Below are positions 36,781 through 45,600 of a stretch of DNA of 64,000 bases, piece by piece (the stretch's first letter is position 1; each line of letters begins with the position of its first letter). The stretch is from an uncultured candidate division Zixibacteria bacterium (GTDB lineage Bacteria; Zixibacteria; MSB-5A5; GN15; FEB-12). The position numbers and the translations under genes are program-made. Location: contig CAWDXE010000007.1 in assembly GCA_963806185.1 (NCBI GenBank), positions 736,001 through 800,000 on the forward strand, read 5' to 3'. A model generated the notes under the pieces. It was given only the letters and a program-made list of their open reading frames with translations, was not told the DNA's origin and ran no database searches.

Positions 36781-38688
36781 ATGCGTAATTGGCTGACCGC
36801 CGGGCTCGTCTTAGCCCTGACCACTGCGACCCAGGCCGCCTATTTTACCAAAGTCACCAGCGGCCCGGTAGTGACCGACGGCGGCGATTCGCGCAGCGTT
36901 GATTTCATCGACTACGATAACGACAACGACCTCGACCTGTATATCACCAACGGTCCAAAGCTTGGCGCGGTCAATTTTCTCTACCGCAACAACGGTGACG
37001 GTACCTTCACGAAGGTCACTGGCGACGACGCCGTGACGGTTGCCCTTGCCTATGACGGAGCCACCTTCGGCGATTACGATAACGATGGCGACCTCGACCT
37101 CTTCGTCGCCACATGGTGGGGAAACGTCGATCTGCTCTGTGAGAATAACGGTGACGGAACCTTCACGCGTATCACCAGCGCGCCGGTCGCGACCCTGGCC
37201 GGTCACGGCGAGGCGGGAAGCTGGGCCGACTGGGATAACGACGGTGACCTCGACCTGTATGTCGCCAACTCCGGGGGAGATCTGAAAGATTTCGTCTACA
37301 TCAACGATGGCACGGGCAATTTCGCCCGCATTCTGACCGGACAACTGGCCACCGACACAGATACGAAACGCGTCGGCGCCTGGGGTGACTACGATAATGA
37401 CGGCGATCTGGACCTGTTTATAGCCACAGAATCGGCCAATCCCAACCGACTTTATCAGAACCAGGGCGGCGGCGTATTGACTCAGGTAAACGCGGGAGCC
37501 ATTACCTCAGACAACGCCTTCTGCTTCAGCGGTAGTTGGGGCGACTATGACAACGACGGCGACCTTGACCTGTTTGCCACCTCCGCCGGTTCACAGGCAA
37601 GCAATCTGTTTAATAACCAGGGGAATGGCACATTCATAGAAATTACGAGCGGCGCTCAGGTAACAGATATAGCCAATTGCGTATCGAGTGGCTGGGCCGA
37701 CATTGACAACGACGGCGATCTCGACCTGTTTGTCACCACTGGCTTTGGCAGCCTGACGCAGAAGAACCGGCTGTACATCAATAACGGAGACGGAACATTC
37801 ACGCGGGACATCACTGATCCCACCACTATCGATAACGGCTGGACCTACGGCTGCGCGTTTGGCGACATTGACCGCGACGGCGATCTCGATCTGGCTATTG
37901 CCAAATGCGCGGGTGCGGCTGAGAACAACGGCCTGTTTCTCAATGACGGTAATGCCAACCATTGGCTGGACATCCGCCTTCAGGGAATGGTGAGCAATGC
38001 AAGCGCTATCGGCGCCCGAGTGCGCGTCAAGGCTACGATCAACGGCACTCCGGTCTGGCAGATGCGTGAAATCTCGAGTCAGGACGCTTACTGTAATCAG
38101 AGCGGCCTTTCAGCGCATTTCGGACTGGGCGACGCAACTGCGGTCGATTCAATCATCATGACCTGGCCTTCGGGCATCATCCGAGTTCTCGAGAATGTAC
38201 CGGTCGACCAGTTCCTGGTCGAGGCCGAATGCGTGAGCGATCCCGACGACGACGGCGTTCTCTGCCTCGACAACTGTCCGGCCACGCCGAATCCGGGTCA
38301 GGAAGACGCCGACAACGACGGCATCGGTGATCTCTGTGACGCCTGTCCGAACGACGCCAATAACGACGTCGATGGCGATGGGCTGTGCGCCAACCTCGAC
38401 AACTGCCCCCTCGTCTTCAATCCGGGTCAGGAAGACACCAACAATGACGGCATCGGTAACGCCTGTTGCTGTATCGGCGTCACCGGCAACATTGACTGCG
38501 ATTCCGGTCAGGGTGTTGACATCGGAGATTTGACGACGCTGATTGACAACCTATTCATTACCTTCACCACCTTGTGCTGCGATACTGAAGCTAATACTGA
38601 CGGTCTGGGAGGCGTCGACATTGGCGACCTGACCGCGCTGATCGACAACCTCTTCATCACCTTCACACCGACTGTCGCCTGTCAGTAA
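36781..38688 (+). CDS. Secreted FG-GAP/ASPIC-UnbV (CRTAC1-like) protein with thrombospondin type-3 repeats and dockerin-like tail
   Basis: Seven D-x-D-x-D-x-D-L-D-L blades, AIGARV and HFGLG, two DNCP..NPGQED repeats; tail at 38467-38688; SD AAGGAGG. Confidence 0.9.
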   Translation: MRNWLTAGLVLALTTATQAAYFTKVTSGPVVTDGGDSRSVDFIDYDNDNDLDLYITNGPKLGAVNFLYRNNGDGTFTKVTGDDAVTVALAYDGATFGDYDNDGDLDLFVATWWGNVDLLCENNGDGTFTRITSAPVATLAGHGEAGSWADWDNDGDLDLYVANSGGDLKDFVYINDGTGNFARILTGQLATDTDTKRVGAWGDYDNDGDLDLFIATESANPNRLYQNQGGGVLTQVNAGAITSDNAFCFSGSWGDYDNDGDLDLFATSAGSQASNLFNNQGNGTFIEITSGAQVTDIANCVSSGWADIDNDGDLDLFVTTGFGSLTQKNRLYINNGDGTFTRDITDPTTIDNGWTYGCAFGDIDRDGDLDLAIAKCAGAAENNGLFLNDGNANHWLDIRLQGMVSNASAIGARVRVKATINGTPVWQMREISSQDAYCNQSGLSAHFGLGDATAVDSIIMTWPSGIIRVLENVPVDQFLVEAECVSDPDDDGVLCLDNCPATPNPGQEDADNDGIGDLCDACPNDANNDVDGDGLCANLDNCPLVFNPGQEDTNNDGIGNACCCIGVTGNIDCDSGQGVDIGDLTTLIDNLFITFTTLCCDTEANTDGLGGVDIGDLTALIDNLFITFTPTVACQ

Positions 38689-38710
38689 GCCAATTGTGCA
38701 TTGCAAAGCT

Positions 38711-38746
38711 ATCCACGGCCGTAAGACCGGCCGTGGATGGATTTTT
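38711..38746 (+). terminator. Intrinsic terminator
   Basis: ATCCACGGCCG-taagac-CGGCCGTGGAT followed by GGATTTTT. Confidence 0.7.
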
Positions 38747-38814
38747 CTGATTGCATAAATGGCGCGTTCTATCGTCTATTCCTGTATCAGCGTTTCTCGT
38801 ACAGGAGTGACCTC

Positions 38815-41217
38815 GTGCGCCGCCGTCGATCTCAGCTGTTTACTCTTGCTTGTCTCCTTCTGACCGAAGTCTGGTTGCCCGGGATGCATGCTCTGGCCGA
38901 CTCGACAGACGCCGCGCTTGTTTCCTCCGCCTATCGCACGACCGAGCACAACGTCGGGCGGCTGGCCTTTTCATTAAACAACAATGGCGGCTTTGGCGGC
39001 ATGGCCAGCCTCTCGGGCTATCGGGATTATTTCACCGGCCGTCCGGTCCGCGACGGTGAGTATCCGATCGGCAGCGGACAGTCATTCATCGGTTTTGGCG
39101 GCCTCTGGGTTGGTGCCGTGGTTGGCAATGACACCCTCGTCTCGACCACTTTCAACAGCCCCGCCTATCAGAAGAATGGTCAAAACCAACCGGCGGTGGA
39201 GCTATTTGAGTTTCAACCCGGCGGCGACGGTGAAGAATCTCTGCAGAAGCGATCTACCCTCGCCCACGATTCAGGCGCTGTCTCCCATCAGGACATTCAA
39301 GCTATCTATGCCGATACGTGTACGACTTGTTTTCCGCAAACAATCGACTGGAAAGACAATCGCCCGCATCGACCCTTGGGAGTCGAAGTACGCCAGCAAT
39401 CATACGCGTGGACATATCCATGGGCTGATGCTGTCATCCTGATCGCTTACACCATCAAGAATGTGAGCACCAGCCAGCTTTCCAACCTCTTTGCCGGAAT
39501 CTACGTCGATGGCGACGTGGTCAATCGCGAGTATGCACCGCTTCGATACACCGATGACATGACCGGAATCCGATGGGTGACGACAAACAGTTCCTCGTGC
39601 CTGGCTGGGGATTCTATACTGATAGCGTGGATAGCTGATAACGACGGCGACGATTCTACTTGTGGCGGCATGTACACCCTTCCGCACGCATTAGCCGTTT
39701 CGGTACTGCAGGCTGACGGCGGCGCCGGCCTGCGCAGTTGTAATTGGTGGGTGACCGGAAGCAACGGCGACGATTTCGGCCCGCGCCGTCGCTCCACCGG
39801 CTCTGAACCGTATCGTGACTTCGGCACTGGCAACACCGGTGTCCCCTATGGCGACAAAACCAAATACTATATGCTCAGACACCGTGAATTCGATCACTCT
39901 CAATACTACACCAAAGCAATTGCGACCAACGATTCGCTCTGGTCGTACGTGCCGGATCGGAATCTGGCTTCGCGCGTCACCGTAGGCGGGGATATCCGGG
40001 TGCTCCTGTCAGTCGGCCCCTGGCAACTGGCGCCGGGGGAGGAGGCCTCCTTCGCGGCCGCCTTTATCGGTGGCGAAAGCCTCTTTACGAGTTGCGGCAT
40101 TCCCACCGGCCTGCCCGACCAGCCCGCGGCCTATGTCGCTCGCTTGAACTTCTCCTCGTTGGACGACAACACCGGGATTGCCTCGCGCATACTCGACGTT
40201 CCGGGCGTTGACTCGGATAGCGATGGCTACGCCGGCACCTTCATTGTATGCGATGCTGAGACTACCTGGACCGGCGGTGACGGCCGACCGGATTATCTCG
40301 CCGACGTCCCGCCGGTGCCGCCGATTGTCTCGGCCAATCCCATTGATGGCGGCTTTCGAGTTCGCTGGAACGGCGGTCCGTCGGAATTGCGGCCGGATCC
40401 GATCAGTCGCCGGGCTGATTTTGAAGAGTATCAAGTTTTGCTTGGTGCTGACTCCGCGAGTGAATTTACCGTCATCGCTACCTGGGACCTCGACGATTAC
40501 GTCAAGGAAGTGTGGCATCCGTCGACCGGTTCCTGGTGGTCCGATAATCTACGGTTGAGCGGTGACTCACTCCGTTGTCTGTACGCCCCACAGGGATGTG
40601 CTGACTCCGACTGGGATGCGGCCAGTTTCACGCGCATGTTGCCATTGCACCATCCCCAGTATTCCGATTCAATCTTCGCCTTTGCCCCGATCGGAAGAAA
40701 CGCCAAACTTGGCGAGACTACGGCGATACGAAAGCGATTCCCCGACGCGCCCAGGCCGGCGTATGCACGACCGTCGCTTGTGCCCCCGGAATCGACCCAG
40801 GTGTATCTCACCGATGCCGGTCTGTTCCGGTATTATGAATACGAAATGTACAGAGTCGGTTTGCCGGAAGGCGAGACCTGTTACGTAGCCGTCACGGCGG
40901 CCGACATCGCCTTCCCCGGACTGAATGAGCAACCCCGGGTATCGTCTCCGTCTGCCACCGTCCGCCCAGTGGCCGTTCCAATCCGATTGTGCTGTGCGGA
41001 AACAGTGGGCAACGTCGATTGCGATGAATTCGACGTCACCGACATCGCCGATCTGGCTGCCCTGGTGAATAATTTGTTCGTGGAGTTCTCACCGCCCTGC
41101 TGTTATCGAGAAGCCAATTGTGACGGCATCCCCGGTATTGACATCGGCGATCTGTCTGCGCTGATCAACCATCTCTTTATCTCCGGTGCGCCCCTGCCGA
41201 CCTGCGCTTCGGAGTGA
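38815..41217 (+). CDS. Large secreted protein of unknown function with dockerin-like tail
   Basis: GTG start after CAGGAG, signal-like N-terminus, HNVG..NNGGFG, GLWVGAVVGNDTLVST, QQSYAW; tail at 40990-41217. Confidence 0.75.
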   Translation: MRRRRSQLFTLACLLLTEVWLPGMHALADSTDAALVSSAYRTTEHNVGRLAFSLNNNGGFGGMASLSGYRDYFTGRPVRDGEYPIGSGQSFIGFGGLWVGAVVGNDTLVSTTFNSPAYQKNGQNQPAVELFEFQPGGDGEESLQKRSTLAHDSGAVSHQDIQAIYADTCTTCFPQTIDWKDNRPHRPLGVEVRQQSYAWTYPWADAVILIAYTIKNVSTSQLSNLFAGIYVDGDVVNREYAPLRYTDDMTGIRWVTTNSSSCLAGDSILIAWIADNDGDDSTCGGMYTLPHALAVSVLQADGGAGLRSCNWWVTGSNGDDFGPRRRSTGSEPYRDFGTGNTGVPYGDKTKYYMLRHREFDHSQYYTKAIATNDSLWSYVPDRNLASRVTVGGDIRVLLSVGPWQLAPGEEASFAAAFIGGESLFTSCGIPTGLPDQPAAYVARLNFSSLDDNTGIASRILDVPGVDSDSDGYAGTFIVCDAETTWTGGDGRPDYLADVPPVPPIVSANPIDGGFRVRWNGGPSELRPDPISRRADFEEYQVLLGADSASEFTVIATWDLDDYVKEVWHPSTGSWWSDNLRLSGDSLRCLYAPQGCADSDWDAASFTRMLPLHHPQYSDSIFAFAPIGRNAKLGETTAIRKRFPDAPRPAYARPSLVPPESTQVYLTDAGLFRYYEYEMYRVGLPEGETCYVAVTAADIAFPGLNEQPRVSSPSATVRPVAVPIRLCCAETVGNVDCDEFDVTDIADLAALVNNLFVEFSPPCCYREANCDGIPGIDIGDLSALINHLFISGAPLPTCASE

Positions 41218-41242
41218 TTCCATCTCAACGCCTGCGCGCGCC

Positions 41243-42499
41243 TCAGGTGACCGCAGAGCCGGCACCCATATGGCTCCCGGCAATCCAGGCTGTCGTCCAG
41301 GCGCTTTGGAAATTAAACCCGCCCGTAATGCCGTCAATATCAAGGATCTCGCCGGCGAGATAGAGATGCGGGCAGATTCTGCTCTCCATCGTTCTGAAAT
41401 CTACCTCTTTGAGATTCACACCGCCGCAGGTGACGAATTCTTCTTTAAATTGCCCTTTGCCCGCGACCTGATATTCTCCTGCCTTCAGTTCTTCCAACAA
41501 CGACTCGAGCTGGTCCTTGGTGAGATGTGACCAGATATCGGTCTCGGCAATCCCCGCCCGTTGACACAGCCGTTCCCATAACCGTCGCGGAATGACATCC
41601 GGGTTGTGTCCCAGAATCGGTCGGGTCCCCGATCTTGATCGGTGAGCCTCGACCGCTTTTCGCAGGCGCTCCTCAGAATGGCTCGGTATCCAGTCGATAG
41701 TCAGCGACGCTCGATAATGAGCGTCGTGAAGTTCGCGTGCCGCCCATGCCGAGAGTTTCAACACTGCTGGTCCGCTGAGTCCCCAATGGGTTATCAGCAA
41801 CGGCCCGGACTGTTCGAACGTTTTTCCCTCCACCCGAAGGAACAAGTGCGCCTCAGTTACGCTGATACCCGATAATTCGCTCAGACGCGTGTCGATCACC
41901 TTAAACGTGAATAGCGACGGCACACACGGCACAATCGTGTGCCCCAGATTCTCCGCAAATCGGTGACCTGCAGCCGAACTTCCCGTCGCTAACAAGATGC
42001 CGTGGGCGTCTATCTGACTGCCACTGTGGGTAGATATTCGGAATCGACCCGTCAGCGAGTTGCCTTCGCGTCGTTCGACGGAGGTCACTCGGTCTCCGAC
42101 AATCAACCGGACGCCGGCGTCCTGAACGGCTTTCATGAGACATTCGATAATGGTGACAGAGGAGTCACTCACCGGAAACATGCGGCCGTCAGATTCCGTT
42201 TTCAATCGGATCCCTCGCGCCTCGAACCACTCTACCGTGTCCTTCGGCTGGAACCGGCTGAATGCCCCGCGCAGTTCCCGAAACCCGCGCGGATACCCGC
42301 TTACCAATTCCGCCGGATCGAAACAATGGTGAGTCACATTGCAGCGCCCTCCGCCCGAAATCCGCACCTTGTCAAGCGGCTCGTGCGTCGACTCAATCAG
42401 GACCACCTCGGCTGACGGGTTAACCTCCGCACCCCGTATCGCGCCGAAGAATCCGGCGGCTCCGCCGCCGATGACTGCCATTCGCTTGGTTTCGCTCAC
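41243..42499 (-). CDS. HI0933/YhiN family NAD(P)/FAD-dependent oxidoreductase
   Basis: IGGGAAG, KVRISGGGRCNVT, GRMFP, LITHWGLSGP, VTCGGV, GEILDIDGITGGFNFQ; start moved to GTG 42499. Confidence 0.92.
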   Translation of the reverse strand: MSETKRMAVIGGGAAGFFGAIRGAEVNPSAEVVLIESTHEPLDKVRISGGGRCNVTHHCFDPAELVSGYPRGFRELRGAFSRFQPKDTVEWFEARGIRLKTESDGRMFPVSDSSVTIIECLMKAVQDAGVRLIVGDRVTSVERREGNSLTGRFRISTHSGSQIDAHGILLATGSSAAGHRFAENLGHTIVPCVPSLFTFKVIDTRLSELSGISVTEAHLFLRVEGKTFEQSGPLLITHWGLSGPAVLKLSAWAARELHDAHYRASLTIDWIPSHSEERLRKAVEAHRSRSGTRPILGHNPDVIPRRLWERLCQRAGIAETDIWSHLTKDQLESLLEELKAGEYQVAGKGQFKEEFVTCGGVNLKEVDFRTMESRICPHLYLAGEILDIDGITGGFNFQSAWTTAWIAGSHMGAGSAVT

Positions 42500-42691
42500 G
42501 GCGGCCAATATAGAGCCATTTGGCTCGCCGGGCAAGACATCGTCAATTGCCTGCCTCGGCGCGCTCACACTTTCTGCCGATTCGACTGAAATCAGCCGCT
42601 TGTATTTCGAACTGAAACAGCATATACTGACTTTCAGCAGCCTCAAGACGATCATGTCGCATATCTTCACGCAGCCTCTTCGGGAGTATCT

Positions 42692-45600
42692 ATGGCTGGA
42701 TTCATTTCTCAATCAATCGATCGTGTGAAATCACACCCACGACGCTTCATCTCTTATGTCGCCGCGCTTACCGCTGTGGCGCTCCTCGTATTCGCCACCC
42801 TGACCCTCAGTCTGCCCGATAATGAAATCCGGGTGACGTCGTTTGAGCCTGACGGTCGGGTGGGCATGCAAACCAATATCACCGTCAAGTTCTCCAAAAA
42901 AATGGTCGCGACCGACAGCGTGGATCGCCCCGTTCTCAATCCACCTCTCAAAATCACTCCTCCTATTCCCGGAATCGCACGCTGGATTGAGACCGACGTA
43001 TTGCGGTTCTTTCCCGACGGCTCGCTCCTGCCGGCCACCCGGTACTCGGTCGCCGTGCAATCTGACCGCACTTGGGAGGCCGGTCTGAAAATTGTCAAGC
43101 CCAAGACGTACCAGTTCTTTACCCCCGGCCTCCGTTTTGAAAGCGCCAGCGGCTGGACCGAACCGGTGCCGGATGTCAACGAGTCCGTCCGACTCGTCGC
43201 ACGTCTCGTCTTCAACTACCCGGTGAATCTGAAGGATCTCAGAGACAAACTCACCATTCGAACCGGGGGAAATGCCGCCAAAACTCAGCTCAACTTTGTC
43301 GTCCGACCGACCGACCAGGGCTACCCACCGTCGGATATCTCTACCTCAGCAATGGCTGAAAATCTCACTGCCTCCGATGTACAGGTGTTTAGTGAGTCAA
43401 TTGCCAAGACCAAGTCTGATCAGACGTATGTGCTGAAGATAGATAAGGGCCTGCTCTGCCAGGAGTGCGGCGATGCCACCGCCGATCCCATGACATTGTC
43501 GATTACGATCGATCGTCTCTACCCGCTTGTGATCAATTCGACTCAGAGTTACAGTCAGGGAGAACTGGTCTTCATAGCCGTCGATTTCTCCCAGCAGATC
43601 AGCCCTGAAACGGCCGGCAGCTACGTCTCGATTGAGCCAAAAGTCGATTTCACGACGGAAGTCTCCTGGTCTCGTCTCATTCTTCGCGGTCCATTTCGCC
43701 CGGGAGAAACGTACACGGTCTCAATTGCGAAGGGAATGCCATCCCAACTTAATCACTTGCTCGAAGAGGATTTTTCAACCAGGGTCCTGATCGCCGACCT
43801 CAATCCCTCGGTCAAGTTCACTTCTCATGGCCTCTTCCTACCCAGATCCGGCAACGGCCTGCTGGAGTTAAGCACCATCAACTTGTCGAAGGTTGTCGTC
43901 GAGACTGAACAGGTCTTCGCTAACAATCTCGTTTACTTCCTGCTGACCGGGCGGGGATCGGTATACGGGGGGGATGCCAACTACTACGACACCCGTGCCG
44001 AGCAATTGGGGCGTTCGATCTTCATCAAGGACAAGGAACTGGACGGTGTCCGGAACACACCACTTGCCACGACCGTGGACATCAAGAGCATCATCGCCGA
44101 CACGGCCAAAGGTATCTTTCGCGTCTCCGTTCGCGATAAAGAACAACGCTGGATCGCCGCCAGCCGCTACGTTCTGATCACTGACCTCGGCCTCTCGGTC
44201 CGCATGGCGGATAACTATCTGATGGTCTGGGTCAACTCACTCTCGACCGTCACGCCGACCAGCGGCGTGACCGTTACGCTCTACAGCAAGAACAACCAAC
44301 CGTTGCTCCAGGGAAAAACCGATAGTCGGGGCATTGTCGTCTTCAAAGAGATCGGTCCGCACCTTGCCGGCTTTGAACCGTTCGTCATTACGGCCGAGAA
44401 ACAGGGCGACCTTTCCTACCTCCGTCTCGACGAGTCGCTTATACCGACCAGTGATTTTGACGTTGCCGGACGTCCGCTACTCACCTCCGGTTACGAAGCG
44501 TTCGTGTACGCCGATCGGGGCGTTTACCGGCCCGGTGACACGGCTCACTTTGTGTCTGTGGTGCGCGGCCCGGAAGCAAAACTCCCGCCCGGCTTCCCAT
44601 ACTTGCTGACGGTATTCGATCCCGAGGGGCGGAAGTTTCAGTCATTCAAGATGACCACGGGTGCCGGGATGACTGGTGTCGATTTCGTCATCCCGGATTA
44701 CGTCCCGACCGGCCGCTACGCTGTCGCGGCGACTATTGGCGAGGACTTACAGATTGGTCGAATGGAATTGCTCGTCGAAGATTTCATGCCCGATAAGATT
44801 CGCGTTGACCTTCGCACTCTGAGTTCATCGTATGCCACCGGAGATACGCTGAAAGCTACCGTAAGCGCCAGACTGCTCTTTGGCCCACCCGGAGCCGGAT
44901 ACCAGGTCAAATCCGACATGGTGATTGAATCCCAACCGTTCGAACCAAAGGGCTTCTCGGAGTATACGTTCTCGGCCGACGATCGGACCTTCAACAGAAT
45001 GTCCGTAAATCTCCGCGACACGCTGCTCGATGACTCCGGCCTGCACACGTTCACCTATCAGCTTCCGCCGAAACTGGTCGCACCGTCGGCCCTGAAGGGT
45101 CTGATTTCTGCGACCGTATCGGAATCGGGTGGGCGCGGCGTGAGCGCTTACGCTGAAGTGCTTATCCATCCCTATCCGACCTACCTCGGAATCAAACTTG
45201 CCCGGGACGGCTACACCAAGCCGGGCGAGCCGGTTGTCGCCATGGTGGTCGCCGTGAATTGCGACGGCCAGGCGGTCGACCTCTCCGGCTGCAAGGTCCG
45301 CTTCAACCGCATCGTCTACAACACTCTGCTCAAGCGCGGACAGACCGGCGATTACCAATGGGTCTCGGAGAGAAAAACTCAACCGCTCGATTCCACAGTT
45401 GTCTCAATCACCGGCCTTGGTACCACGGCGACCTTCACACCTGTCGCCTACGGAAGTTATCAAATCACTGCCGAGGATCCGAAGGGTGGGCACCTTTCTG
45501 CCGTCGATCTCTGGGTCTCGGGCTGGGGGTATGCTCCGTGGGCGATGGACCACCCGGATAAGATAGAGTTGGCCCTTGATAAGAAGGAGTATCAGCCCGG

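Noticed and set aside
36900..37900. Regularly recurring GACTACGATAACGACGGCGACCTCGACCTG-like DNA repeats
   Set aside because: They are in-frame FG-GAP blades with synonymous variation, not a CRISPR array
42500..42712. Long N-terminal extensions in the ORF track for the HI0933 protein (also rel, dnaG, the HAMP kinase and the sigma54 regulator)
   Set aside because: Family homology begins at downstream starts that have SD sites or coupled stop codons
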